Of a DNA stretch of 64,000 bases, positions 15,570-30,463 are shown one piece after another. Within the stretch, counting starts at the first letter, position 1; each line of letters opens with the position of its first letter. The notes beneath the pieces are model-generated. The model saw only the letters and a program-made list of their open reading frames with translations, searched no databases and was not told the DNA's origin. This DNA comes from the human T2T-CHM13v2.0 reference genome, Homo sapiens. Both the position numbers and the translations under genes were made by a program. The DNA lies in assembly GCF_009914755.1 (NCBI RefSeq), contig NC_060927.1. One strand, 5' to 3'.

Positions 15570-16073
15570 CGTAGTGGGCAAATAATGGTCACCCAAAGAT
15601 GCCCACATCCTCATCTCTAGAACCTATGGCTATGTTGTTACACGGCAAGGGTGAATTAAAGTATAGTGGAATTAAGATTGCTAATCAGCTGACCTTGAGA
15701 TAGGAAGAGCGTCCCAAATTATCCAGGTGGGTCCAGTGGAATCCCAAGGGCCCTTAAATGTGGACGAAGCAGAAGAGTCAGTGTGAGAGCAATACAGTAT
15801 GAGAAAAACACCACTGGCCTGTACTGCCTTTGCGTAGGGAAGTGGACATGAGCTGAGGAAGGCAGGCTGCTTCTAGAAGCTGGCAAATGCCAGAAAACCG
15901 ATTCTCCCCTAAAACATCCAGAAAGGAATGCAGCCCTGCCAACATCTTGATTTTAGCCCAGTGACACCCTTGTAGGACTTTGGACCTCCAGATCTGTAAG
16001 ATAATACATTTGTGTTGTTTTAAGCCATGAAGTTTATAGTAATTTGTTTCAGCAGCAACAGAAAACAAATACA
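15570..16073 (+). mobile_element. MLT1 (ERVL-MaLR) solo LTR
   Basis: 'aataatggtcacccaaagatgcccacatcctcatc...ttgtgttgttttaagccatgaagtttatagtaatttgtttcagcagcaacagaaaacaaataca'. Confidence 0.85.
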
Positions 16074-17403
16074 TTTGTATTGTTATCTCCTTCCCTGAGT
16101 TTTGGCAGCCAGAGCCTGTCTCAGAGATCTATTCCTGTTCTCACTGTGGTCCTCTTCCCTTCACCTAGCTCACTCCTTCCCCTCTAATATTCTATTCCTC
16201 TACATCTGCTTGGGAAAGTATAAACCTCATATTCTAAGTCTTTGCTGGCTTTGGTTATAGAAAATACACAGCCGTGTTGTCTCATTCTATTATCTGTCAG
16301 TAGCAGAAACCTGAAATTGGTAGCTTCAACAAACTAGTGTTTGCTTTTCTCTTGAATAAAGGAAGTCAGGAGGTAAATATATGATCACCTTTTAATTACT
16401 TTTTAAAATATTTCTTAGGTTTTGTTAACAATGGGAAACTGCTTACATTTCTTTTGAAAATTAAAATGAATTATAAAGTTAAAAAGATTTTCACTCAAAT
16501 GAAAGTGTCCTAGAAGATTTTAAGAATTTAGGTTGGAAATTTAGAGGTGACGATCAGCATATAACATCAATACCCTGAAAGTCCCTATGATCGTCACACG
16601 TTGTCTAATTGCATTAATTTTGATTTTGGGGAAGTTGGGGCTACCCTACCTCTGTCTCCAAAAGGCACATTTCAAGGCAATGTTGTCTGTCGTTTTGCTC
16701 TGGCTGAAATCACATAGCTACGGGCTGGTTCTGCCCAGCCAGAGCTTCCCTTTGCTCATCTGCTGCATTTGAAATAATTATTGCTACAAGAATAATGGAA
16801 CATCAATAAGGGGTGCTAATCACCGGAGGAGGTGGCCCTCATTTGTCTGAGCCTGAGTGGTCATTTTAGGAGTCCACTGGAGACAAGAATACTCCCAAAG
16901 GTGGGTGGAATTAGGGTAGGTGGGAAGAAGTTGCCACAGTGAGATCACAGCCTCTGGGAGATGCTGGTTTTCCTGGCCCAGATCATGGAAAAAAAACATC
17001 AAGACTTGGATGACAACTTTGAGTGACTTTGCTATTATGCAAGGAGTGAGGCAGGGGTCAGGGAAACAACAAGCACAGGGTAGAACCTGTCACAGGAATA
17101 AAGGTGCATTCCAAGGATCCAAAGAAGAACCTTAGCCTTGAGAGGAAAAGCTCAGCAAGTGGTATGAGAAATGGAGAACTGCTAGGTGAAGGCCAACAGG
17201 GCAGGAAGCCGGGCAGAGCCAGCATGAAGGTGCCTCTGGGAACTGGAGGGACAACTGTGACTCTAGCACCGCGTGGGGCTAGGGGAACCTTCTCCTCTGT
17301 TGGGAATAACCACCACATTCATCCCCTCCCCTGACCCCTGGACAAGAGTGGAGGACACTTGGAGTGGAGACAAGCAGGGGTACCTGTTTAAATCAACAGC
17401 TGA

Positions 17404-17717
17404 GGCCAGATGCAGAGGCTCATGCCTGCAATCCCAGCACTTTGGGAGGCTGAGGTGGGAGGATCACTTGAGCCCCAAGAGTTGAAGACCAGCCTGGGCA
17501 ACATGGCAAAACCCCATCTCTACAAACAATAAAAAAAAAAACAGCTGGACATGGTGGCATGCGCCTGTAGTGGCAGATAACTCAGGAGGCTGAGGTGGGG
17601 GGATCTGCTTGAGCCCAGGAGGTGAAGGCTGCATTGAGCTGTGATTGCACCACTGCACTCCAGCCTGGGTGACAGAGCAAGACCCTGCCAAAAAAAAAAA
17701 AAAAGAAGAAGAAAAAC
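17404..17717 (+). mobile_element. AluJ
   Basis: Dimeric Alu with J-type 'gaggatcacttgagccc' and 'gaaggctgcattgagctgtgat'; A tail. Confidence 0.9.
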
Positions 17718-18108
17718 AATTTTATTGGTAGAGGCGGGGGGAATAATAGAGATACAGCTCCAGCTCCCTGCCTCTAAAATGTGGGCACCTGGGTAACTAG
17801 ATAGCGCAGGAAGTTAGAACAAATAAAAGCAGCAAACTCTGTGACTGAAGTTTCAGCACATGGATGGCAAATATTTTCAAGTTTGGTGAAAATAGGTAAG
17901 AGATCAAAGCCCAAGAATAAACCCTGGGGTCATTACAGGATTTCCTGTAAAGGCATCAGGAAATGTTTTTGGAAGAATGTGATTGTCTTCGTTGATATCA
18001 ACCCAAAGATGTGGTTATTGTTCAGAATGTCCTGATTTTCTTTAAATGTTTTGTTTCTATCTGACCTCTCATTATAAATGAGAAACTTATAAATTATAAA
18101 TATACACT

Positions 18109-18333
18109 CATTATAAATGAAGATTGCTTGGTAATGGACTAATGGATAATTGTTTCTGCTTCTTTAGGATGTTCTAAATTTTTCCCAAGTTTTGTACATT
18201 AAGCACAAAATTATAACAGGAAAATAAAGAAAAGAATTTAAAATAAACATGCAACCAAATTTTAAACAGGTAAGTATATCATATTAGATAGGAATCACCA
18301 TACTGGGTCAGTCACCCCTCCTCCAAATTTTTC
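18109..18333 (+). repeat. 225-bp direct repeat, left copy (flanks L1PA)
   Basis: Matches 19100-19324 with ~8 substitutions by manual comparison. Confidence 0.95.
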
Positions 18334-19103
18334 TTTATTCTTTTTTTTTTATTATACTTTAAGTTTTAGGGTACATGTGCACAACGTGCAGGTTTGTTAC
18401 ATATGTATACATGTGCCATGTTGGTGTGCTGTACCCATTAACTCGTCATTTACCATTAGGTATATCTCCTAATGCTATCCCTCCCCCCTCCCCCCACCCC
18501 ACAATAGGCCCTGGTGTGTGATGTTCCCCTTCCTGTGTCCATGTGATCTCATTGTTCGATTCCCACCTATGAGTGAGAATACGTGGTGTTTGGTTTTTTG
18601 TCCTTGTATTAGTTTGCTGAGAATGATGGTTTCCAGCTTCATCCATGTCCCTACAAAGGACACGAACTCATCATTTTTTATGGCTGCATAGTATTCCATG
18701 GTGTATATGTGCCACATTTTCTTAATCCAGTCTATCATTGTTGGATATTTGGGTTGGTTCCAAGTCTTTGTTATTGTGAATAGTGCCACAATAAACATAT
18801 GTGTGCATGTGTCTTTATAGCAGCATGATTTCTAATCCTTTGGGTATATACCCAGTAATGGGATGGCTGGGTCAAATGGTATTTCTAGTTCTAGATCCCT
18901 GAGGAATCGCCACACTGACTTCCACAATGGTTGAACTAGTTTACAGTCCCACCAACAGTGTAAAAGTGTTCCTATTTCTCCACATCCTCTCCAGCACCTG
19001 TTGTTTCCTGACTTTTTAATGATCGCCATTCTAACTGGTGTGAGATGGTATCTCATTGTGGTTTTGATTTGCATTTCTCTGATGGCCAGTGATGATGAGC
19101 ATT
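18334..19103 (-). mobile_element. Young L1PA 3' fragment (~770 bp, 5'-truncated)
   Basis: PolyT, then 'attatactttaagttttagggtacatgtgcacaacgtgcagg'; ORF2 C-terminus [44 protein letters not shown] on the - strand. Confidence 0.97.
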
Positions 19104-19324
19104 ATAAATGAAGATTGCTTGGTAGTGGACTAATGGATAATTGTTTCTGCTTCTTTAGGATTTTCTAAATTTTTCCCAAGTTTTGTATATTAAGCACAAA
19201 ATTATAACAGGAAAATAAAGAAAAGAATTTAAAATAAACATGCAACCAAATTTTAAACAGATAAGCATATCATATTAGATAGGAATCACCATATTGGGTC
19301 AGTCACCCCTCCTACCAATTTTTC
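19100..19324 (+). repeat. 225-bp direct repeat, right copy (flanks L1PA)
   Basis: Matches 18109-18333. Confidence 0.95.
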
Positions 19325-19499
19325 CAGAGCTCTAATTAGCTCCCAAGAGTTTCATGGGACTTTTAAATTTCTGAACGGGCCGAGGACATAGAATAGTGGA
19401 AAAGAGGGGGATTCTAGGCAGTATGACAGATAAGTTACACGTTTTTGGATGAGGCACTTAAGCTTTCTTTGTCTCACTTTCCACTATGAAAAGTACATA

Positions 19500-19803
<304 letters not shown>

Positions 19804-22800
19804 CTATTACCTGCCATAATTACCAACTATGGTTGTTTGCCAAATAAAACAAGTGATTTGAAAGGAACTTCAGGAATATAGGCAAAATATAAATAATTAT
19901 TAAAACCATGGGTGACTGAAGCTTAGAGAATTTGCTTTTGAAATCTCAGGAAGTACCATGGAATGCAATGATTTCTTCTGTCAGGTTTCTTAGTTGGAGG
20001 CAATAGAATTCACTCTAACTAGTTCAAGCAGAAAGGTACTTGTTATATGGTATTAGGAAGCTTATAACATTTTGGGAGGCTCAGTGATCCAAATTTAGTT
20101 GCTATACAATCAGGATCAATTCACCCAGGAGAAATACCTAATCCCCCTATGAGGATGTTCTGGCAAAAGCTTCATAACCTCCCCTGCCTTCCACTTAGCA
20201 CCAAGACACAGAGAACAGGACACTGGAACCTTCACTGAAGCTGGAGGAACCAAATCCCTCTGCCTGTGCTTGGCCCCACTCACACCAACTTTCCAAGTCT
20301 CATATCAGCCACATGCAGAGCCCTGGCTGTCAAGGAGTCTGGAAATGTAGCATTTGTTTCCCAGCCTCTATAGTGGAGGAAGACCTGCTAGAAGAGGGTC
20401 AGAGTGGCTACTGAACAAGCCCGTCCGCAGTGTCTACCACCCCAAAACAAAGATTTTTAAGATCAAACACAACATGAAAAACACACTCTCTTAAGAAAAA
20501 TATAAGCAAAATATGATTTATTTTTATCTCCACAGCTGTGGTAGATCCACAAGATGCTGTGCTGGAGGCTGAACTACACCTGGCATTTTACTATGAGGGA
20601 GAACCTGCTGGCAGAGGAGATGGAAAGACAGCGGGAACTTGCACTGCAGGGGAGGGTGCTACAGGGGAGTGTGGCAACAAGTGTGTTTTATTATAAGCCA
20701 ATTAGTACTATTTGTCTTTTTAAATAACACACATATGTTTGTATGTGTGTCTTTGTGTGTGTTGGTGTTGTATGGTAACCCGACCTGATAGTAATAAGTT
20801 AACAAGAAATGAGGGTTTCCAGATGGAGGTTGCTGGGGGGAGAGTGCTAAGTGAACATGCTATGCGAACTGCATGCTTTTTACAAGAGGTTGAGGTTCTC
20901 CCATCCAGTCCACCACCACTGAACTGCCCTGTATTTAAGTCCCCTTCAGGAAACCCTGTGCCTGCTTTGCTGGCTCCAGGTCTCTTCTTCAGCCTCTTGA
21001 ACCTGGTGCCATCCCTACTGCAGTTAATACGGGTCCAGTACAACAAGTGTCTATTTAGTAGCCTGGAGAAAATGCATAATGATTTAATAGTGATTATGTC
21101 TGGGTGTTAGAATTATTAGTGATTTGTATTTTCTTTGTAATATTTTTCTGAGCTTTTGTTCCTTAATTTCTTTCCATGAGCGTAATGTATCGTAAAACAA
21201 GAAAAATCTGTCACTTGAGTTCTCAGATAGGACAATATTATGGTCATGTTTTTGGTTTGTTCATTTGTTTAAGCTTTTATTTGGACATAATTTCAGACTT
21301 ACAGAAAATTTGCCAAAGGAAAAGTAGTACAAAGAACACTTGAATCCCCACTGCCCAGATTCAGTTACTGTTTACATTTTAGCCCATTTGCTTTGTCCTT
21401 TGTGCCATGGTCATTTAAAAAAATGTGATGCGCATTAAGTACTTATGGATGAAATCATATGATGTCTGGGATTTGCCTTAAAATACTAGAATGGGGAGGA
21501 AAAAAGGAATAAGGGAGAGAAATAAAACAGGAAGAGCAGAAAATTATGGTCATTGAAGCTGGGTGACAGGTAAAGGAAGGTTCGTTTTTCTATTTCCCTT
21601 TCTTTTTTTTAGTTTTAAATTTTTTTCCATAATAAAAAATGTTAAAAAGCAGTGGAAGGATAAAAAATACTATTAGTCAAAAAAAAAAATCACACCAAAG
21701 AATTTCACTGATTTGACTGGTTCAATTAGCCACAAGAAAAGTTTGTCAAACACTCACAAAAAAGAGAACCTGAAAGTCTGCCAGGCAGCTAAAATTGTAG
21801 TTGGACAGCAAAAAATTTAAAATCAAATTAAGACTTTTACAACAAGGTTAAAAAGTAATTCTTTGGACTATATCAGAAAGGCCTTCCTGGAGCTTAATGA
21901 AAAACAAGTCCCCTGGATCTTCTAACATTTCATCCATTTATGATCTTATCCTTAGGTGAACCAACTCTTGGCTGGTTCACATTTTTTATCGTCTTCTGGC
22001 AAAATGTTAAAAATTTCTTAACAGATCCTTCTTAGCCTTTGTGCCAGAAATTTCTCTTTTATGCACAGTCCCAAGTAAATAATCCAACAGGCAGCAAAAT
22101 TAATTAGTTACCAACGTGTTCAGGCTAAAAGAGAACCTGTCTGGGCCGTATTGAGGGTAGGCCTGCACCCGGGGAGCACTGGCAACTGCTGACGTCCTGT
22201 GAGAAAAACAGGAGAGGATCCAGCGCCCAACACCCAGGCTAAGGAAATTATGCTATAATTCCATGTCAGGGAGCCCACAGACATTAGCTATGCAAACATG
22301 TGGACTATGTCAAAACACAATCAAGTTCAAGAAATAATGTTTAGGGAAGAACAGGACACAGAATAGGATATCCACACAGGATAACATGAATACAATTTCA
22401 CTGAAAAGCAAAACGAGGGAATAGGATGGAGGAAACTGAGTTTATTGTTCATTTGCTTTTCTTTTGTAAAGTTACATAACTTTGCTGTAAAAAGGAAGGA
22501 GAGAGGGGAGGAAGGAAGAAAAGAAGGGAGGACAGAAGAAAGCCTTATCTGAGATCTGAGATATATATTTTAACTGTGATTTAAGGGCTAAGAAAGCCAA
22601 GATTCTAGGAGACAGGAGATTAGAGGAAGTCACTTTTGGGCTCTTGAGGTAAATCCAGCAGAATTATTGACTGGATAGGCTATGGAGAGTGCTAATTCAT
22701 TTCCCACACTCTGGTCAATATTAGGTGACCTGTGATAAGGTGGAAGACAAAACATTCAAAGAACAATTTTTTAACATCACTTTGTTATGCAACCAAACAC

Positions 22801-23588
22801 AAAACAGACCAAATGTTATTAGCATTGCTCAATGTCTCCTCTTTCTGTGCCTCATCATCCTCCTCCACCTCCCACCATGCTAATGAAGGCCCCAGACATC
22901 TCCAGCCTGGACCATCACAACTGTAACAATCTTACTGAGCAAGCAAAGCTCTTGGGATAGAATCCTAAAGTAACTTCACTTTTGTACACTTTCATGTGAT
23001 AGTCAAAACTCTGAACACAGTTTCATTTGGGCCTCTTCCCCTTCCTCAGCTCAGGCCTCCTGCAGATGAACAAGCCTATAGTCAGAGAAGAGGGTGTGGT
23101 TAGCCATTTCCCCCTTCACCCCATTTGTGCCGTGCCCTTTCCTCTGTGCACACGTGGTTAATCCCTCCGAAACTGGGACACAGGGAGGAAGGAAAGTAAG
23201 TTACAGCTGACTCTTTTGCTTGTGGGTACTTTCATGTGTTCTTTGGAGCCTTCTTCCATTGCTGGAGACCTGTCTCCTCCAGGTTCCTTAATGGGGGTGA
23301 TATACTCTCCTCACCTGGAAGCATCTTTTGATATACCTAGTTTCTGTTTGCCCCTCCAGGCAACCCTCTTGACCAGGACCTAAGAACATGCAAAAGAATA
23401 AACTCTAAATTCCTATTGCCCTGGGGTTCTTTTCCAGGCAGCAAGGGCCACCGGATAAAATAAATGACGCAATGCAGATACACAGAAACACTCCACTTAC
23501 TTCCCCTGACAGCCACTTCCATGGAAGATTCAACACAGCTGAAAGGCCCAAAAAAAGTTCTTGAGTTCCCAGGTGTGAATAATAACAG

Positions 23589-24036
23589 GGACAAAGACTC
23601 TTTCCTTTGACCAAAACTTTAGTCAAGCTCCTCTGAGTGCTCCTCATAACTAGGCCCAACCTTGGGCTTCCCTCCCTGTCCTTGCTGAATCAAATGTGAG
23701 CAAGAATCCTGTTAAGTCAGGTTAGGGAAAATCCCCCACTCTAGGTATCTGACCACCCTCAATATCTTATCACCCTGGCCTGCCTGCAGCAAGAATCCTA
23801 TCAAGTTAGTTTAGCCAGACACCCCTTATCCCTGATGTTTCCTCTTAGTCATTTTCCACCCACAGTCACCACCCTGCTCCTTCGCTACGAATCCCCACTT
23901 GTACTGGTTGGGGTCAGAGTTAAGTCTGATTGGCAAGACCCTGTTGCAGTGGTCCCTACACCTATTGCCATGGCCCCCTCCAGTAAAATCTGCCTGACCA
24001 TCTTGCCTAGTGCTTGGGTAATCTTTTTTTTAACAA
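23589..24036 (+). mobile_element. MER31-like ERV1 solo LTR
   Basis: 'gacaaagactctttcctttgaccaaaactttagtcaagctcctctgag' start and repeated 'gcaagaatcct' blocks. Confidence 0.7.
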
Positions 24037-24523
24037 CCATTATTTCAAATTCAAAATCATGCCCTCAACATCACTTCCTTGGTCCCAAGCCCCCTCCCAG
24101 ACTCCTTCCAGACATTCCCCTAAGGTGGGAGCTGTGGCTTTTTTCATTATAATACCCTTAAGGAGTCAGCCACATAATCAGGACACCCAAGAGTAGAGAT
24201 TTCAAAGTTCAACTGAATCCCTCGACACATTTGGTTTTGACTCTAGCTATTTTCTTGGCTCAACTCCCTGTTCTGTTATATAGGCAAGATTCTGTAGTTT
24301 CTTCCTTCCTATCTTGTCTGACTCCCCCCAATATGTGATCTAAAACCACTAACTTAAAACATTTCACTTCTGTTAACTATAACCTCATAATTCACCCTTC
24401 CCAATAAACTGGATTTTCCTACTTGATCAACAATATTCAATGATTTTCATTTGCCACTTCAGAAAAACCCCACCAACATCAATGAGACATATTCTATTGC
24501 ATTTCATGAGACATCAATGAGTG

Positions 24524-24607
24524 TGATCTGGAGAAAATATTTATTTAAGCCAGAAACAAAAATTTTGATCTGGAGAAAATATTTATTCGAGCCAGAAACA
24601 AAAATTT
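24524..24607. repeat. 42-bp tandem duplication
   Basis: TGATCTGGAGAAAATATTTATT(TA/CG)AGCCAGAAACAAAAATTT x2. Confidence 0.9.
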
Positions 24608-25058
24608 CTTTGCAACATTGGCAGTTATAGAAATTATCCTAACAAGAGTCAACCCCACAGAGCCTTGTGGACTTTGAAAGGATCTAAGACCACGGCAGAG
24701 ACTCACCTTTTAGTAAAGCAGTAAGTCTTGACATCGTGTGAGTTTGGACATTGATGGATGATCCTCTTGGATTTGATTTGAGCAGATAACCCACAAAAGG
24801 TGTGTATGCCTCTCCTACATTTTTGGATTCTTTCACTGTGCTTGATAAAAGAAGGCAAATAGAATTTAGGATGTCAAGTTGAAGTTAATAGTAAGATTCA
24901 AGTGATTTGGATTCTCTAATTATAGTCAAAGAAAACACTCAGCTTCCTTAACAAAACTAGCGGGTAAAACGATCTGACTTCAGATGTATCAGATACACAA
25001 ATTAGCACTATCCTCCAGAACCAAACTGCATCCACCTGGTTACAACAATCTCATTCTA

Positions 25059-25418
<360 letters not shown>

Positions 25419-25525
25419 TCACCTTTTACCAAATTCCAGTGCAAAACAAACAAACATTTCAGATGGCAGTGTACTAAAGGATTCTTGCGAGTAACTCGCA
25501 GTATAATTTTTGTCAGGTCACTTAC

Positions 25526-25972
25526 TGTGGTAGGCAGAATAATGGCCTCCAAATATGTCTATGTCCTAATCCCTGGAACCTGTAACTATGTTCTGTGGCA
25601 AAGGGGAATTAGGTTGCATATGGAATTATGATCACTAATCAGATGACCTTGAGATAGGAAAAGTATCCAGGTGGGCTGGATCACAAGGGTCCTTACAAGT
25701 GGAAGAGGGAGGCAGGAGAGTCAGGGTCAGAGTCAGAGAGAGATTTTAAGATGGTAGAAGTGACGAGAAGCCAAGGAACACAGGTGGCCTCTGAAAGCTA
25801 GAAACAGCAAGGAGCAGATTTTCCCTTAAACTTTCCAGAAAGAAATGCCAGTACCTTTAACTCAGTGAGATCCATTTTGGACTTCCAACCTCCAGAACTA
25901 TAAGGTAACAAATTTGTGTTGTTTTAAGCCACTAATTTGCAGTCATCTGTTACAACAGCAATAGAACAGACA
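25526..25972 (+). mobile_element. MLT1 (ERVL-MaLR) solo LTR
   Basis: 'tgtggtaggcagaataatggcctccaaatatgtctatgtcctaatccctggaacctgt...ttgtgttgttttaagccactaa'. Confidence 0.85.
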
Positions 25973-26297
25973 CCTTCACACTTGCCCTTTCTCGGCCTCA
26001 GTTTTCTAATGTGTCCACTGGGGGAGGCAGGGGTGGTTCTGCTCTGACATTCTATGGTTGCGAGTCTTCCTGAACCGTGAAAGAATCAGGTCTTTCTCAG
26101 ACCACAAAGATTTTGTGTGTTCAAACCACTGCAACTTCTGAAAACTTTCACATGGTAATAGGAATTGGTTGTCATAAAATTCATTTGACAATATGATGTT
26201 AGGATTAAATGACACTACAGAGAAAAATCAGACAAATCCAACATACTGAAATTCTTTCTATAGGACAACTGTTCTGGTCTCATCAAAAGGTCAGTAT

Positions 26298-26351
26298 CTA
26301 GGTAGGTAGGTAGATAGATAGACAGATAGATAGATACACACACACATATAT
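26298..26351. repeat. (TAGG)n(TAGA)n(CA)n compound microsatellite
   Basis: Direct reading. Confidence 0.85.
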
Positions 26352-27586
26352 GGCATTTCTAATACACAAGTCTAAAGAGATATAGCAACCAAATATAATT
26401 ATAACATTTGAATTAAAGAAAAATTTGGGAAATGTGAATTTGAACTGATTTTTAGATAAAATTGAGGAAGTATTGTTAGTTTTCCTAGGGGTGATAATGT
26501 GGTTATGTAACAAAATGTCGTTATATTTAGGGGATGAATGCCAAACAGTTTTGAGGTAACTGGTCACAATATCTGCAACTCAATTTTAAATGTTTTATAC
26601 AAAAAAATAGACACAGATATATGTTAAAATATATGGCAAGATGCTCATAATTATGTAATCTGAGTGGTGATATAGAGGTGTTTGCTACACTGTTTCTGAA
26701 TGTTTAGAAATTTGGTAACAAAAAGTTGGGGGATTTGTTTTTAAAAACTCTTTACAAATGTTTGTTAAACTTTTGCTCAGAAACTTTACATTTTGGATTC
26801 AAGATGCTCCCTTTGTATAGAACTGTTTAAAGCTATTTTGTAGCAACTCAGATTTGTGGCAAGATAACTACCACCTTATGTAAAATAGTTTAGATAAGTT
26901 TCCAGTCAAAAAGCTCATGGGAAAAAAAGTGATGTTCTTCTATGAATCAGTGGGAAATTACTGCCCTCTCATTGAAGAAAGCCTCACTTGGTGGAATGGG
27001 GATTTTTAGTCTGAGCAGGTCAGAGATTTTCATTTCTTGATTTTGCCAACAGAAGGGATAAAAGTGAAACTCTGAATATGATAAATAGAAAATTATTGCC
27101 AAGTAAAAGAAGGCAGGCACAAAAATTATTCCCTAAACACCAACATCCTACAACCAGTAGCAGAAGGAGGCTGCAAGAAATTTGTGTTTCTAAGTCTGAC
27201 TAAAGTCCCAGAGCTGCGCCAGTCATTTTCTACGGACATACAAGAGAACACCAGAGAAAAAAATTAAACAGTATCATTCTAGTAAGCCCAGAGACAAGAA
27301 CAGGATTAGCTAGAGATAGAATGAAAAATACTTTTATATAGTTTGCCTTTTTGACTTGAGAAAATATGACTAGTCAATACTGATTTCTATTTATATTAAA
27401 ATAATTCTTAATATAAATATATTAGATATTATTAAAATAAGTAATATAAATATATTAGATATTAAGTACTAAAATAATACTTAATGATTAAAAGTTTTTA
27501 TTAAAATGGTTAGTTTTTAATTTTTATTTGAAAATATATAGTTTAAATCTACAATGGAATTCATACAGAAAATTATAATTTGATCA

Positions 27587-28048
<462 letters not shown>

Positions 28049-28287
28049 TTATTTCTTATATTAATGCACAAAAATTTGACGTCTTCCATTATGGTTACCA
28101 AATATATCCAGTTTATTGAACATTGTGGGCTACAAACTCAAATAGTTTTACTTTCCTCCAGTTACTGCCTTTGACCAGGCTTTGCCAAATCTTTTTTCCC
28201 ATCCCTTACCAGAATTTTGGGTAGAACCTACATCTTTCCAGTCATTTTCACTTATTAAAAAGAAGTCTTGTCTAGTGTAAAACTTGA

Positions 28288-28587
<300 letters not shown>

Positions 28588-29516
28588 AAAACTTGAGTTT
28601 CTAATCCAATTTAAGGCTCACATTTTCTCCTCCCCATCACTCTGTCAAGAAAACTTTCTCTTAAGAGACTTAAGTGAGGAATGGCCAGGGTCTGTTTTTT
28701 CACTCATACCCACTTCCTTTTTCTGGGTCTGAAAGATGAAAGTGTCTCTCATTTATCTGGCCCCTTTTATAGGCCTCTCTTGGCTGCCTTTGCTTCTCTG
28801 GCTAAGACCAACAGGTTGCTAACATCAAATGACCAAGTAACATACACAGCAGCCAACTATTCACAAAGACAGGTCATTGCCTTTACCCCTGCCTATGTAG
28901 ACAAAGAGTCAGAAACAGAGAAAGACCTGGTTGTTTGCTCAAGTTTCTGGTCACCTAAAGAGTGAGCCTAAGTCCTCAGGCCTCCCTGTTAGCTGGTCCT
29001 AGTTCCCTTTCTTAACAGTTTTTGTGGTAAGTAAATATAGATCATAGTAAATATAGATCATCAGTAAAGATAATAGGCAAAATAGAATAATATTACTTGA
29101 AATCAATTATTCGGCTCTGATATAAAAAAGACAAAACTAAACACTATTAACTTAGACAATTTATTTAAAAAGCATTATCCCAATAATGTATGTCATTAAT
29201 GTACATCATTGGTTACTGAACCAACATATAATTTTAGAAAGTTTTTTTGAGAATATACAAATATCCCATAGTTCTATGTGCCATTCCCTATTAAAAGGAA
29301 CCAGGACTTCTTAGAGAAATGATTGATTCCATGGCTGTGGTAGGAAATATACAAGCTGAATCTATGATATGTTATTGTGCCAAAAAACAAAGAAGCTATC
29401 AAAGTCCACTGTAATTATATCAAAAACACGTAAGAGCCAACTTGAGGGGCTTCTATAAGCCTAAGATGGAACAATATGAGCATCAGTAAAAGAAGATGAT
29501 TGTAATTGATTGAAAA

Positions 29517-30463
29517 CTTTTTTAACTTTTAAGTTCAGGAGTACATGTGCAGGTTTGTTATATAGGTAAACTCATGTCATGGGGGTTTGTTGTTCTGTTT
29601 ATTTCATCACCCAGGTACTAAGCCTAGTACCCATTAGTTATTTTTCCTGACCCTCTTCCTCCTTCCACCCTCCACCCTTTAGTAGGCCTCAGTTTCTATT
29701 ATTCCCCTCTATGTATCCATGTGTTCTCATTATTTAGCTCCCACTTATAAGTAAGAACATGTGGTATTTGGTTTTCTGTTCCTGCATGACTTTGCTAAAG
29801 ATAATGGCCTCCGGCTCCATCCATGTTCCCGCAAAGGACATGATCTTGTTCTTTTTATGGCTGCACAGTATTCCATGGTGTATATGTACCATATTTTCTT
29901 TATGCAATCTAGCATTGATGAGCATTTAGGTTGATTCCATGTGTCTGCTGTTGTGAAGAGTGCTGCAATGAACATACACATGCAAGTGTCTTTATGACAG
30001 AATGATTTCTGTTCCTTTCAGGATATACCCAGCAATGGAATTTCTGGGTCAAACGGTAGTTCTGTTTTTAGGTCTTTGAGGAATCACCACACTGTTTTCC
30101 ACAATGGCTGCATTAATTTACACTCCCATCAACAGTGTATAAGCATTCCTTTTTCTCCACAACCGTGGCTGTACCTGTTATTTTTTGACTTTTTAATAAT
30201 AGCCATTCTTACTGGTGTGAAATGGTATCTCATTGTGGTTTTGATTTGGATTTCTCTAATGATCAGTGATGTTGAGCTTTTTTTTTCATATGCTTGTTGG
30301 CTGCATGTATGTCTCTTGAAAAGTGCCTGCTCATGTCCTTTGCTCACTTTTTAATGAGGTTGTTTGTTTTTTCTCGTAGATTTAAGTTTCTTATAGATGC
30401 TAGATATAAGACCTTTGTCAGATGCATAGTTTGCAAAAATTTTCTCCCATTCTGTAGGTTGTC
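29517..30463 (-). mobile_element. Older L1PA 3' fragment
   Basis: L1 3' UTR and ORF2 C-terminus ([28 protein letters not shown]) on the - strand. Confidence 0.92.

Noticed and set aside
20739-21110. 123-aa ORF and overlapping antisense ORF in non-repeat DNA
   Set aside because: Begins in a (GT)-rich stretch, non-ATG start, no recognisable homology or splice structure
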